A program made the position numbers and the translations under genes. A stretch of DNA of 64,000 bases from NCBI GenBank assembly GCA_963750165.1, contig CAVVPN010000010.1:96001-160000 (forward strand). Direction: 5' to 3'. A model generated the notes under the pieces. It saw nothing but the letters and a program-made list of their open reading frames with translations, had not been told where the DNA came from and did no database searches. Origin of the DNA: an uncultured Gemmataceae bacterium. Its GTDB lineage: Bacteria > Planctomycetota > Planctomycetia > Gemmatales > Gemmataceae. Below, piece by piece: positions 10,502 through 20,717 of the stretch; position 1 is the first letter of the stretch; every line of letters begins with the position of its first letter.

Positions 10502-11734
10502 ATGCGTTACCGCATTCTGATACTCGTGGCGCTGGCGTGCGTGGCTTCGACCACGGCGGCGGACTGGCCAGGCTTCCGCGGCCCGCACGGCAACGGCGTC
10601 GCGGACGAAAAGACGCTGCCGCTCAGGTGGGGCCCGGACGAGAACGTCGCCTGGAAGGTGGCATTGCCTGGGCCGGGCGCTTCCAGCCCGGTCGTCTGGG
10701 GCGACCGTGTGTTCGTGACGGCCTCCACGGGCGTCAAGGCCAGCGAACTGGTCCGGCACGTGCTCTGCTTCGACCGCAAGACCGGCAAGAAACTGTGGCA
10801 GAAGTCGTTCCCCGCGCCGCTGCCGGAGAACGACTTAAAGGGCCAGGTGACGCAGCACGGCTTCACCACGAGCACGCCGGCAACGGACGGCCAGCGGCTG
10901 TATGTCTCGTTCGGCCGCGGCGGACTGCACGTGCTGGACCTGGACGGCAAGCCGCTGTGGCACGCGGACCTGGGCGAGGGCACCATCGTGTTCGGCTCGG
11001 GCTCCAGCCCGCTGCTGGTGGGCGACACGGTGGTGGTCAACGCCTACACGGAGTCGCAGCAGTTGCTGGCGTTCGAGAAATCGACCGGCAAACGCATGTG
11101 GGCGACGCCGCTGCGTGGCATGTGCTGGTCCACGCCGGTGCTGGCGGCGGGGCCTGGGGGCAAACAGGAAATCATCCTGAACCAGAACGCGGGGCTGCGC
11201 GGCTTCGACGCGGAGACGGGCAAAGACCTGTGGAGCGTGGACAACGTGCCGACCTACAATAGCTCGACGCCAGTGGTGCGCGGCGGCGTCATTTACGCCA
11301 TGAACCAGGGCATGGGCGACCGCGAATTCGTGGCGGTGAAGGCCGGCGGCCGCGGCGACGTGACGAAGACCCACATCGTCTGGTCGCAGAGCAAGGCGGG
11401 GGCGAGTTACACGTCGCCGCTGCTGGCCGGCGACCGGCTGTTCTACTTCAGCGGCCAGGCGTTCGTCCTGCGGGCGCGCGACGGTCAACTGGTGACGAAG
11501 AAAACGCTGCAGGGGCTGAAAGGGCAGTACGGTTCGCCGATCCTGGTGGGCGACAAGATTCTGATCTTCGCGCGCCACGGCGGCGCCTATGTGCTATCGG
11601 CGGATGATAAATTGCAGGTGCTGGCCCACAACACGCTGGGCGACGACAGCGATTTTAACGCCAGCCCGGCCCTGGTCGGCGGGCAGATTTTCATCCGCTC
11701 GAACCAGTATCTTTACTGCATCGGCAAGAAGTGA
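10502..11734 (+). CDS. PQQ-binding-like beta-propeller protein (BamB-like, planctomycete-expanded)
   Basis: ADWPGFRGP, WKVALPGPGASSP, TPATDG, ASPAL...LYCIG. Confidence 0.9.
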   Translation: MRYRILILVALACVASTTAADWPGFRGPHGNGVADEKTLPLRWGPDENVAWKVALPGPGASSPVVWGDRVFVTASTGVKASELVRHVLCFDRKTGKKLWQKSFPAPLPENDLKGQVTQHGFTTSTPATDGQRLYVSFGRGGLHVLDLDGKPLWHADLGEGTIVFGSGSSPLLVGDTVVVNAYTESQQLLAFEKSTGKRMWATPLRGMCWSTPVLAAGPGGKQEIILNQNAGLRGFDAETGKDLWSVDNVPTYNSSTPVVRGGVIYAMNQGMGDREFVAVKAGGRGDVTKTHIVWSQSKAGASYTSPLLAGDRLFYFSGQAFVLRARDGQLVTKKTLQGLKGQYGSPILVGDKILIFARHGGAYVLSADDKLQVLAHNTLGDDSDFNASPALVGGQIFIRSNQYLYCIGKK

Positions 11735-11793
11735 TCGGCGGTAAGACCGACCGTCACGGATGTTGGGGTGGGCGTTCCCATCAGGGTCGTTTT

Positions 11794-11908
11794 TACGCCG
11801 AAGGCGTAGTATCCCAGAGCCCAGGGTCGCGCAGCGCACCCTGGGGAAACGGGCGACGGGCGGCCGGCTTGGCTTTGTGTCTAGTGACATTGTTCCACCC
11901 CTTCGGGG
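11794..11908. repeat. Composite REP-like element
   Basis: Short hairpins TACGCC-GAA-GGCGTA, CCCAGGGT...ACCCTGGG and CCCC-TTC-GGGG. Confidence 0.6.
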
Positions 11909-11988
11909 CGAAGATCGAGCAGGTTCTCACTGCCGTTCTCATCAGTGTGCGTTCAAGAGCGACATTCGAACAAGAACTTTGATCTCTC

Positions 11989-14016
11989 ATGACCTCGCGC
12001 GGCCTCGGCTTTCTGATCGTCGTCCTCGGCCTCCTGGCGTTCACGCTCTGGAGCAGCACGCCCGCCATTGCGCTGCTGTGTCTGACGCTGCTCGTCTGGT
12101 TCCTCGGCAGCTGGCTGGTGTTCGCGGTGCAGTTGCGGCTGCACCTGGGCCGGCTGCGCTGCACCCGCGAGCTGCGCGACGAGCGCGGCGGTGTCGAGAG
12201 CCTTTGGGCCGGTCGCACCTACAGCGTCCGCGTCATCGTCCACAGTGATGGCATTGCGCCGTCGCCCTACCTCCGCGCCACCGACCGCCTGCCCTTCGGC
12301 GTCGTCCAGCGCGGCGGCGATGCCACGATTGACGGCCACCTCGATGTCGAGGAATCGCTGGAGTTCGTCTACCAGATCACCAGTCCCGGCCCCGGCAAGC
12401 TGCGCTTCGAGGGCGTCCGCGTTCAGTTCGCCGATGTGCAGGGCTTTTTCAGCTACACGCTGTTCCTGCACGAGCCGCGCGAGTACCGTGTGCTGCCAGC
12501 CCTGGCCGACGTCGATGGCCACTACCCGACCGTCAAGCGCCTCAATCTACTGCCGTTGATGGGCATGCACCGCCATCGACGGCCCGGCTCCGGCAGCGAA
12601 CTGCTCGACCTGCGCGACTACCTGCCTGGCGACCCGCCCAAGATGATCGCCTGGAAAGCGTCCGCCCGCCGCGACCGCCTCATGACCAAGGAGTTCGAGA
12701 GCGAGGTGCCCATCCGCTGCACCCTGTTCGTCGATCAGTCCGCGTCGGTGCGGCTCGGGCTGCCGGGCCAGAACCTGCTCGGCCGGCTGGTGCAGGTCAG
12801 CGCCGCCGTCGCCCAGGCCAGCGCCGGCGCCCGCGACCTGCCCGGCCTGTGCCTGTTCGACGAGCACGGCGTCAAAATCCTCCGCCCCGCCCGTAGCCGT
12901 CGCCACCTCATCCAGATGTTCAGCCATCTCGCCGACGCCGCGGCCCTGCCCACTCCGCCAGTGCCGGGGCCGCCCGAACGGCTGCTGCCGCTGGCCTACG
13001 CCCTTGCCGAAGAGGTCTACCCCGAACTGGTCCGCAATGATGTGAACCAGGTGCCCGCCTGGCTGCCCTGGCTCGTGCCGACGCCGGCCTGGGACCGCCG
13101 GCCGCCAACCACCGCCGGCCGGGTGTACGACGTGGCGTTTACCGTCGTCGTCGTGGTGCTGCTCGCGGCCCTGGTCGTGTACCTGGCGCGGACGCCGCTG
13201 CTCGAATTCCTGCTGTTCGCCTACAGCTACCTGGAAGCCGTCATCGGCGAGGTCGTTTCGCCCACGCTGCGGACGCCGGTGGCCCTGCTCGGCGCCGGGT
13301 CGCTGCTGCTGGCGTTCGGCACGACCGTGTTCCGCCGCTGCCGATTCATCTACGAGGCACTGCCGCTGCTCTTCAGCCCCGGCCGGCGCCGGCTCACGGT
13401 GATGCGCAAGCGCCTGGCGGCGCTGTTCGCGGTGCGCTACGGGTTGGCCCCCGGCGGCCTGGCGGCGCTGCTGGAGGACGACGCCGCCTTCACGCCGCTG
13501 CTGCAACGCTTCCTGGCCGAGCATCGCGTGCCGTACCCCGAACCGTTGTACGCGGCCGACGGCCGCTTCGCCTTCGCGGCGCCGGCCAAGATCGACGTGC
13601 TGGCCGCGGCGCTGGTGCGGGCCGTCGGCCGCGGCCGCGACAACGAACTGTTCGTGCTGTTTGCCGACCTGCTCGAACTGGACGACCGGCTCGGGCCGCT
13701 GCTGGCCGCGGTGCGCGTCGCGGTCGCTCGCCATCATCAGGTGCTGGTGTTCTGTCCGTGGCCGGACGGTCTGCCGCTGCCGCCCGCCGACGCCGAACCG
13801 CCGCCGACCGTCGCGCCCGCCGAGTTGCTGCGGCTGCCGCTGGCGGCCGCCCTGGCGCGGATCAGCGCCGCCCGCTATCACCGGGCGTTCTTCACGCTGC
13901 GGCGGGCGTTCGCCAAACTGGGCGTGCCGGTCCTGTGTGCCGCCGAGGCTGATCCAGTGCAGATCATCCTCGACCGCATGGAACGGTTGCGCGGCCTGCG
14001 GAGGGCCCGGCGATGA
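11989..14016 (+). CDS. DUF58 domain membrane protein
   Basis: GSELLDLRDYLPGDPPKMIAWKASARRDRLMTKEFESE...VDQSAS. Confidence 0.88.
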   Translation: MTSRGLGFLIVVLGLLAFTLWSSTPAIALLCLTLLVWFLGSWLVFAVQLRLHLGRLRCTRELRDERGGVESLWAGRTYSVRVIVHSDGIAPSPYLRATDRLPFGVVQRGGDATIDGHLDVEESLEFVYQITSPGPGKLRFEGVRVQFADVQGFFSYTLFLHEPREYRVLPALADVDGHYPTVKRLNLLPLMGMHRHRRPGSGSELLDLRDYLPGDPPKMIAWKASARRDRLMTKEFESEVPIRCTLFVDQSASVRLGLPGQNLLGRLVQVSAAVAQASAGARDLPGLCLFDEHGVKILRPARSRRHLIQMFSHLADAAALPTPPVPGPPERLLPLAYALAEEVYPELVRNDVNQVPAWLPWLVPTPAWDRRPPTTAGRVYDVAFTVVVVVLLAALVVYLARTPLLEFLLFAYSYLEAVIGEVVSPTLRTPVALLGAGSLLLAFGTTVFRRCRFIYEALPLLFSPGRRRLTVMRKRLAALFAVRYGLAPGGLAALLEDDAAFTPLLQRFLAEHRVPYPEPLYAADGRFAFAAPAKIDVLAAALVRAVGRGRDNELFVLFADLLELDDRLGPLLAAVRVAVARHHQVLVFCPWPDGLPLPPADAEPPPTVAPAELLRLPLAAALARISAARYHRAFFTLRRAFAKLGVPVLCAAEADPVQIILDRMERLRGLRRARR

Positions 14017-14830
14017 CCACCCCCACCCCAACCGCCGAACCCGCGGAAAGCGCCCCATTCCTGGCGGTGACGAACTACGTGCTGCTGTGCGTGGGCGGCC
14101 TGGTCGGTGTGCTGCTGGCCGAGCTGGATCGGCTGGGGAGCATCCGCGGCGTGGCGACGCTGCTGGCCTTGCTGATCGGACTGGGCGGTGTGCTGTCGCG
14201 CACACGGATGACGCCGATTCTGTTCCTGCTGGTGCTGGCGCTGGGCCAGGTGGCTCAGCAAATGCTGTTCGAGGGGCGGCTCGGCGAACACCGGCGCGTG
14301 TACGTTTTCCGGCCAACGGACCTGCTGCTCTGCGCCGCGGCGCTGGCGTTCGTGATCGGCCATTATCGGCTTCAGGGGCTGACGCGGCGGCTGCTGCCGG
14401 CGGACCCGCGCGAGCCGCTGTCGCAGCCAGAATGGGACTGGTGGGCGCTGGCCCGGGTGGCGAAGTTGATGACGCATCGGCGGTCGGCGCACCTGGTCGG
14501 CAGCAGCGAGTTCGGGCTGGTGGCGCTGGCGGTGCTGCTGAGCGTGGCGCTGGCGCTGGCGGCCTGGGTGGCGCTGGTGCAGGCCGGCAACGTGCTCGGC
14601 CTGGAGCCGAACCTCGGTCGCCTCGTCCTGCTGGGCTGGGTGCTGGCGGTCGGCGGCTACGTGACGGCGGCGGGGCTGGGTTACTGGCGGCGCTGCCGGA
14701 TGTCCCGCGCGCAGGCGCTGCTGGTGTTACAGGACGTGGTGTGGCGCGCGACGCGCCAGGAGCAACGGCACCTGAACCGCGACGCGGCGCGGTGCGCTGG
14801 CGGCGGGCACGGCGAAAGGATCGGTCATGA
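14013..14830 (+). CDS. Hypothetical multi-pass membrane protein, frameshifted near 14790
   Basis: ATGA overlap with the DUF58 stop; adding one base gives ...VRWRRARRKDRS*, whose stop overlaps the next ATG (ATGA). Confidence 0.65.
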
Positions 14831-15111
14831 TGTGGCTCAAACTGGGCGGCGCGGTGGCGTTCGTGCTCGACCGTCTGGCGTTCTGGCTGCGCGAGTGCGC
14901 GGGCTGGCTGCTGATCCTGATCGGACTGTACGTCTTTTACGTGACGCTGGCGGTGCTGTTGACGGACAGGCCGTACCTCATCGAGGCCATTTTCCTGACG
15001 ATCATCGGCGTGATGGTGTTTCGCGGCGGTGTGCAGTTGCTAAAGGTGTCGGTGGCGGGACGCATGTGTCTGCGGGCGCAGGCAGCTGCCGGAGGAGGAG
15101 CGCGGCCGTGA
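14827..15111 (+). CDS. Small two-TM membrane protein
   Basis: AAGGA RBS, two hydrophobic helices. Confidence 0.65.
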   Translation: MMWLKLGGAVAFVLDRLAFWLRECAGWLLILIGLYVFYVTLAVLLTDRPYLIEAIFLTIIGVMVFRGGVQLLKVSVAGRMCLRAQAAAGGGARP

Positions 15112-15140
15112 GCCGAAGCCGGTGCGGCGGACGTAGAAGA

Positions 15141-15198
15141 TGAGGGGGTGAAGGGGTGAGGGGGTGAAAGCAGTTGTCTTGTCACCCCCTCACCCCTT
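15141..15198. repeat. Octamer (TGARGGGG) tandem-repeat hairpin
   Basis: TGAGGGGGTGAAGGGGTGAGGGGGTGA ... TCACCCCCTCACCCCTT between convergent genes. Confidence 0.75.
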
Positions 15199-15264
15199 CT
15201 CTGTTGTGGCCTGGTTTCCGGACCAGGCCACAACGGGGGGTGACAGACAAGTGCTATCACCCCT

Positions 15265-17673
15265 TCACTCCTTCCCGACTTCCACGGGCACCGTCAGCGC
15301 CGGATGCGCGAACGCCTGACCGTTGACGGTCGCGGTCGCCGTCAGCGTCAGCTTCGCCATCGCGGCGGGCGTCTTCGCATCCACCTTCAGCTCGATCTGA
15401 AATTCGGCCTGCGTGCCGGGCACCGGCGCCAGCGGCTTCGCCAGCGTGACGCCCTTCGGCAAGCCGTCGAGCTTGAGCGTCACCGCGCCCTTGAAGACGG
15501 CAGCCCGGTCAAGGCGCCCTTTCAGCACCGCCGGTTGGCCGAGCGTCAGCGTCAATTTCGGCGTCAGCAGCAGCACCTCCACCGGCCGCTTGACCGTCAC
15601 CTGCAGCGCCGGGCCGATGACGATGGTGTCGGCGTTGCCGACCCGGGTCTTGCCCCGCACGATCACGTCGGCGGCGCGGCCGGCGGGGGCGTTGACCGCG
15701 GCGGTCAGCACGAAGGCGGTCCTGTCGGCGTCGGCGGCCGCGATACTGGGCTTGAACGTGAGCGGGCTGGGCGTCGGCGGCTTGCCGGGCACCGGCGGCC
15801 CGACCACTGCGACGCCGGTCACTTCCACCGCAGCCTTCCTCTTGTCCAGGCGCCGGAACGACACCGGCACCGCGACGGTGTAGCCCGCGACGACCTCCAC
15901 GGACGGCGGCGGTTGCAGGGCCACGGGATCCGCGGTGGTGACACCGACCGCAAGGCCAGGCAGCCGCCAGGTGGCCACGGCCACGTTGGCGTCGCGGGCA
16001 ACGACGAGCGTGTGCTCTGCGGAGCGGACCAGCATCTTCTCGGGCCGGCCGTTGTGAGCGAAGATGCGCCAACTGAGGTACTGCTCTGGGGAGTGGCCAA
16101 TGATGAGACAATTCAATCGGTACGCCGTCAGGCTGTCGAGGTTCGCCGCCGCGCCGAAGAGGAGTACGCCTGCCGTCCCGTTCGCCGGGACGTAACCGCC
16201 CTGAACCGTGAAACCCTTGACGGGACTGTATGGCCGCAACTGAATCGGCCCCGTGTAGCCGCGGCGCGTCACCGTGACCGGCACCGCTGCCCAGCCGCCG
16301 CGTGGCACATTGATTTCCGTGAGGGCGACGTGCAGCGTGAAATCGTCGCTGGCCGGCTCAACGGACAGGCGGTAACCGTGGTTGATGCCGCCCCTGCCGC
16401 GGGCGTCGCTCACTGCCAGTTGCAACTGCGACACGCCGGCGGGCACGGTGAAGTCCAGCATGGGGTCGAGCGACTTGAACGGCTGCAGCCCCGCGGCCGG
16501 CGGCAGCAAATCCACGTCATCGGCCGTCGCCAGCTGCTTGCCGGTCTGGTCAGTAACGCGAAGCACCGCGTCGAGCCGTGAGCCGAGCGCTTCGGCCTCG
16601 ACGGTGAAGCGATAGCGCTGTCCCGGCTGCGCGGCCAGCTGGTAGCGGTGGACCTCCCCCTTCGCGGTCAGACGACCGTTGGCGGTCATGGGCGGCTGCA
16701 GTTCCACGACCTCCGGTCCGCTCGGCGCGCGGACCATTTCCTTATACAAGCCCACCGCGACCTCCGGTAGGTCGCTGCCGGGCCGCAGTACATCCTTGAC
16801 GGCAAGGCGGGTCTGGTCGAGGCCAAAGGGCAAAATGGACAACTCAGGCATGGGCTGGCGCAGCTCCCGCGGCTTTTTCAAGGCGCCGCCGTACAGCGTG
16901 AAGGTCACCGGCTTGCTGTGCCCATCGCCGACCCGAGCCCCGAGCGGGAAGACCTCGTCCGCGTAGTCGTACTCGCCGATCTTCAGCCGGTAGTGCGGCG
17001 GCGCCGCCCCACGGAAGCGGCTGTCCGACACCTCCACGACATACTCGCCGTCCGCCGGCGCCACGAAGTGCAGCCGCACATCGCCGTGTAGCGCCTGCGA
17101 ATCGTCCGCGGCCAGGAAGCGCTGTTTGGCGTCCGTCAGCCGCAGTTGTGGCAGCACGCCCGAGCTGAGCCGCGCCGACTGCACCTCGATCACCAGCGAC
17201 TGGCCCTTCTTCGCGGTGAAGCGGTAGAAATCGACGTCGCCGCCGGCGCACTGGCCGTTGACGACGCACGGCACCGGCACCTTCTGGGCCATGTCGAAAG
17301 TGTTGTTGTTCTCGACCTCGGCGACGTTCGGGAAGGCGTCCACCGCGAACAGCACCGGGGCGCTGACGCCATCCTCGGTCAGGACGCGGGCGACGTAGAT
17401 GCCGACGGGCACCTTCGCATCAACGGTCAGTTGCACGCGCACCTGCGTGGGCAGCGGCCTGGCCTCGGGCAGCACTTTTTGCTCGGCGGCGAACGGCAGC
17501 AGCAGGCGCGTCCGCGGCGTCAGGTTGGTGCCGGTGATGACCAGATCGACGGCCTTACCGGGCTGAGCGCCGCGCGGCGTGACGGCGGTGACGGTCGGTG
17601 GCGCCGCGGCGGCGGGGGCGGCGAGCAGGAGCAGGCAGAGCGGCGCCAGGAGCTGGCGGCGGGGTAGGGTCAT
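15265..17673 (-). CDS. Secreted PPC (pre-peptidase C-terminal) domain protein
   Basis: PRGAQPG, EVENNN, DVDFYRF, GSRLDAVLR, DARGRGG..YRL motifs of the planctomycete PPC family; signal peptide. Confidence 0.85.
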   Translation of the reverse strand: MTLPRRQLLAPLCLLLLAAPAAAAPPTVTAVTPRGAQPGKAVDLVITGTNLTPRTRLLLPFAAEQKVLPEARPLPTQVRVQLTVDAKVPVGIYVARVLTEDGVSAPVLFAVDAFPNVAEVENNNTFDMAQKVPVPCVVNGQCAGGDVDFYRFTAKKGQSLVIEVQSARLSSGVLPQLRLTDAKQRFLAADDSQALHGDVRLHFVAPADGEYVVEVSDSRFRGAAPPHYRLKIGEYDYADEVFPLGARVGDGHSKPVTFTLYGGALKKPRELRQPMPELSILPFGLDQTRLAVKDVLRPGSDLPEVAVGLYKEMVRAPSGPEVVELQPPMTANGRLTAKGEVHRYQLAAQPGQRYRFTVEAEALGSRLDAVLRVTDQTGKQLATADDVDLLPPAAGLQPFKSLDPMLDFTVPAGVSQLQLAVSDARGRGGINHGYRLSVEPASDDFTLHVALTEINVPRGGWAAVPVTVTRRGYTGPIQLRPYSPVKGFTVQGGYVPANGTAGVLLFGAAANLDSLTAYRLNCLIIGHSPEQYLSWRIFAHNGRPEKMLVRSAEHTLVVARDANVAVATWRLPGLAVGVTTADPVALQPPPSVEVVAGYTVAVPVSFRRLDKRKAAVEVTGVAVVGPPVPGKPPTPSPLTFKPSIAAADADRTAFVLTAAVNAPAGRAADVIVRGKTRVGNADTIVIGPALQVTVKRPVEVLLLTPKLTLTLGQPAVLKGRLDRAAVFKGAVTLKLDGLPKGVTLAKPLAPVPGTQAEFQIELKVDAKTPAAMAKLTLTATATVNGQAFAHPALTVPVEVGKE

Positions 17674-17717
17674 GGCGGGATCTCCGCGGGCGGCAGCGTG
17701 GGGTGGGACTGTGTTGT

Positions 17718-17965
17718 ACTATCGGGCAGGCGGCCGGCGCTGTCAAGGCGCGACGGCCGTGGCCAGAGTTGTCCTGGCGGCGTGGGGTTTGAGGTTGCGA
17801 ATGGGGAATCGGCGCGTCCCCTGGGGCTGACAGGGGGGGTGTGAAATGAAAAGAGACGAAACCATCCCTGGCCACCTTCTTTATTGTACCGCCCAGCCCG
17901 CTTCCAGGGAACGACCCTGGGCCGTGGCCCGGCTGATTGACAGGGCTTACCGGCGTCGGTACGCT
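17718..17965. promoter_or_regulatory. Divergent sigma70-like promoters
   Basis: Minus: TTGACA (17746-17741)-17 nt-GATAGT; plus: TTGACA (17937-17942)-17 nt-TACGCT. Confidence 0.5.
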
Positions 17966-18006
17966 TGACCGGGAGTCGTCACTGCACATCGTTCGGAGGG
18001 TTCGCC

Positions 18007-18456
18007 ATGTCTCGCGTTCTTGCGTCCGTGCTGCTGCTCCTGCTCTCGGTCGCTGCGCTGGCACAGCAACCGCCCGACAAGAAGGATGCCGAACTGAAGT
18101 GGGCCAGGGAGATCGCCAGCGATTTTCTGAGCGCCGGGCTGCGGCAAGATCACGTGCAGGCATCCGTGCTCGTGGCCAGCGACCTGAAGAAAGCCGTGGA
18201 GAAGGATCGAACCACTCTGGATTCCTTCCTTTCCAGTCACTTTAGCACGCTGCGCATGCAAGGGGCGAAGACGTGGACCTTCGCTTCCGAAATCATCGCC
18301 CCGGACAAGGACGAAGCCGTCTTCCGCGGACAGTGTACCGGCGACACCGGGGAAGCGGACATCACCGTGCGCGTCGTGAAGGAGAAGGAGAGCGGCAAGT
18401 GGCGGGTCCATCTGTTCGCGATCGGGCGGTGGAAGAAAAAGAAGGACTCGAAGTGA
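18007..18456 (+). CDS. Secreted hypothetical protein (NTF2-like, DUF4878-like)
   Basis: GGAGG RBS, signal peptide ending ALA-Q, terminal GKWRV strand. Confidence 0.7.
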   Translation: MSRVLASVLLLLLSVAALAQQPPDKKDAELKWAREIASDFLSAGLRQDHVQASVLVASDLKKAVEKDRTTLDSFLSSHFSTLRMQGAKTWTFASEIIAPDKDEAVFRGQCTGDTGEADITVRVVKEKESGKWRVHLFAIGRWKKKKDSK

Positions 18457-18470
18457 CGCCGGGCATTCGG

Positions 18471-18500
18471 TTCTGTGTTCTCGGTGTCCTCTGTGGCTAA
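18471..18500. repeat. Solo arm of the 9-mer periodic palindrome family
   Basis: Reverse strand reads TTAGCCACAGAGGACACCGAGAACACAGAA. Confidence 0.5.
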
Positions 18501-18518
18501 TCCATTTCGGAGAATCCC

Positions 18519-19376
18519 GTGGCCCTGGACCGCGAGGAATACATCGAGCAGGCGTACTTCTTCCAGACGGTGCGCGAGCGCATCGGCCACAGCATGGCGA
18601 CGCAGGAGATCCTTGAGCGCATCCACGAGGAGATCCTGGCGACGACGCGGCTGCCGCTGGCCGTGCAGTTCCTGGCGACCGAGCTGAAGCACTCCGGCCT
18701 GCTGTCCTCCGGCTTCGTCCGGCTGCCGCACTACTTCACGCCGTTCCAGGCGTTCGTCATCCGTCAGACGGAGGATGAACGGTTGAAGTTCAACATCGAC
18801 AGCGCCCTGCTGGTGCTGGAGCGCGAGGCCCGCTACCGCGCCGGCGACTGGACGCCGGCGGGGCTGTTCGTCTACCAGTTCGAGACGCTGAGCCGCAACC
18901 GTCTCGGCTACGAAGCGGGCCTGCAAGCGATGGCCGGCGACCCCGGCTTTGACGCCGACTGGCGCGTGTACCTCGAAGCGGTGCGGCGGCAACTGGGCGT
19001 CGTCGATTTCGGCGACCTGGTGTACCTGCGCTCGACGTTCTATGTGACGGAGATGCGCCGGCAGCAGCCGGACTACGAGCCGCCAGTGCCGCCGCTGTTC
19101 GGTGAGAAGGAGGGCAAGATCGCCCGCGCCAACCGCGGCCGCGATCCGCTGTACCTGTTCGCGGCGCTGCAGCGGCAGCTGGGCTATCCCGAGGTGCCAC
19201 GACCGCGACCACGCGACGACCCGGCGGCGAAACTGGAAGCGCTACAGGCCAGGTTGCACCAGCTAGAGGCGCGACTCAAACTGGTCGAGAGCGAGGTGCG
19301 CGGCCAGGTCGATCTCAACCAGTTCATGCTCAAACCAGACCAGGGGCCGCGGCAGAACCTGGACGATCTGGACTGA
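18519..19376 (+). CDS. Hypothetical protein of a type conserved in planctomycetes
   Basis: LDREEYIEQAYFF...LFGEKEGKIARANRGRDPLYLFAALQRQLGYP; GGAGA RBS. Confidence 0.8.
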   Translation: MALDREEYIEQAYFFQTVRERIGHSMATQEILERIHEEILATTRLPLAVQFLATELKHSGLLSSGFVRLPHYFTPFQAFVIRQTEDERLKFNIDSALLVLEREARYRAGDWTPAGLFVYQFETLSRNRLGYEAGLQAMAGDPGFDADWRVYLEAVRRQLGVVDFGDLVYLRSTFYVTEMRRQQPDYEPPVPPLFGEKEGKIARANRGRDPLYLFAALQRQLGYPEVPRPRPRDDPAAKLEALQARLHQLEARLKLVESEVRGQVDLNQFMLKPDQGPRQNLDDLD

Positions 19377-19396
19377 CCGCGGCCCCGGGAGGCACA

Positions 19397-20404
19397 GTGA
19401 GCATCACGTTTCAGGTTCTGGGCGACGCCGGCCGCGACAACGCGCTGTTTGTGCGCCTCGACAGCGGTCAGGCCATCGACCGGCTACTGTTCGACTGCGG
19501 CGGCGGCTGCCCCGACGCGCTGCCGCACGCGGAGGTGCAGGCCATCGACCATCTGTGTTTCTCGCACCTGCACATGGATCACGTCGCCGGCTTCGACACG
19601 TTTTTCCGCAGCAACTACGACCGCGCCGCGAAGCCGAACGTGCTCTGGGGGCCGCCGGAGACGGGCCGCATCCTGCACGGCCGGCTGCGCGGCTACTGGT
19701 GGAACCTGAACGCCGGCCGGCAGGGGGTCTGGCGGGTCAACGACATCCATCCGGAGCACGTGCAAAGCTGGCGCTTCGAGCTGGCCGAGGCGTTCCAGTA
19801 CCGCCATGACGCCGGCCGGTTGCCGCGGACGGCCGTGCTGTTCGATGGCGGCGCCTACACGGTCGCGGCGCTGGCGCTGGAGCACCAGGGGCCGAGCCTG
19901 GCGTACCTGGTGCGCGAGAAGACGCGCAGCAACATCGACCCTGGCAAGCTGGTGAACCTGGGGCTGCAGCCGGGGCCGTGGCTGAAGGAGTTGAAAGAGC
20001 CGGCGCCGGGCCAGACGACGGTGGACGTGGACGGCGGAGCGCGGCCCATCGCGGACCTGCGGGCTGCCCTGCTGTCGGAGACGGCGGGCGAGTCGATTGC
20101 ATACTTGACGGACTTTTTGCTCGATGATGTCGCGCTGGAGCGGCTGGTGCCGTGGCTGCACGGCTGCACGACGGTGGTGTGCGAGTGTCAGTACCGGGCG
20201 GCGGACGCGGAGCTGGCGCGACGGAATTTCCACATGGCGGCGCCGCAGGTGGCGGAGTTGGCGCGGCGGGCGAATGTGGGGGCGCTGGTGCTGTTCCATG
20301 TGTCCGACCGCTACACGGCGTCGGAGTGGCTCGAACTGCTGGCGGAGGCGCGGGCGGTGTTCCCGGCGACGCGGTTTCCGGAACATTGGCGGCTGGACGT
20401 GTAG
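19397..20404 (+). CDS. MBL-fold hydrolase, RNase Z-like
   Basis: LFDCG, SHLHMDH, LEH...AY, AYLTD, H...FHVSDRY; exosite-like PGPWL. Confidence 0.8.
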   Translation: MSITFQVLGDAGRDNALFVRLDSGQAIDRLLFDCGGGCPDALPHAEVQAIDHLCFSHLHMDHVAGFDTFFRSNYDRAAKPNVLWGPPETGRILHGRLRGYWWNLNAGRQGVWRVNDIHPEHVQSWRFELAEAFQYRHDAGRLPRTAVLFDGGAYTVAALALEHQGPSLAYLVREKTRSNIDPGKLVNLGLQPGPWLKELKEPAPGQTTVDVDGGARPIADLRAALLSETAGESIAYLTDFLLDDVALERLVPWLHGCTTVVCECQYRAADAELARRNFHMAAPQVAELARRANVGALVLFHVSDRYTASEWLELLAEARAVFPATRFPEHWRLDV

Positions 20405-20602
20405 CCCGACGCTGAATCCCTGCTTTCTGCCGCTTGCGGCCAAGGCCGTGGCCCACCGTTTCCCGCACCGGCGCGAAAAACGGCGGCCAGGAACAGGATA
20501 CCATGCCCCGGCCGTCTTTCGGAGGTCTGGGGCATTGGCGGGCAGGTCCGTTCGCTTCTGGCTCCGCGGCGGAGCATGGGCACGAGAAGAGCAAGGGCTC
20601 TC

Positions 20603-20632
20603 TTGACCCGCGCAGCGCGGCCGTGCTATAAC
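20603..20632 (+). promoter_or_regulatory. Sigma70 promoter of the glycan cluster
   Basis: TTGACC-18 nt-TATAAC with extended -10 TG. Confidence 0.55.
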
Positions 20633-20717
20633 GCCGCCCGCACCTTGAAGGTTTCTCCCTGACAATAACGTTGGGATCGAACGGACTGGCCCGGCGACGC
20701 CCGGGCCGAGGTGCGGC

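Noticed and set aside
12547..14316. Long antisense and alternate-frame ORFs (here and throughout, e.g. 39041-40789, 34781-36220)
   Set aside because: Shadow ORFs expected at high GC; they lack recognisable motifs and overlap well-supported genes
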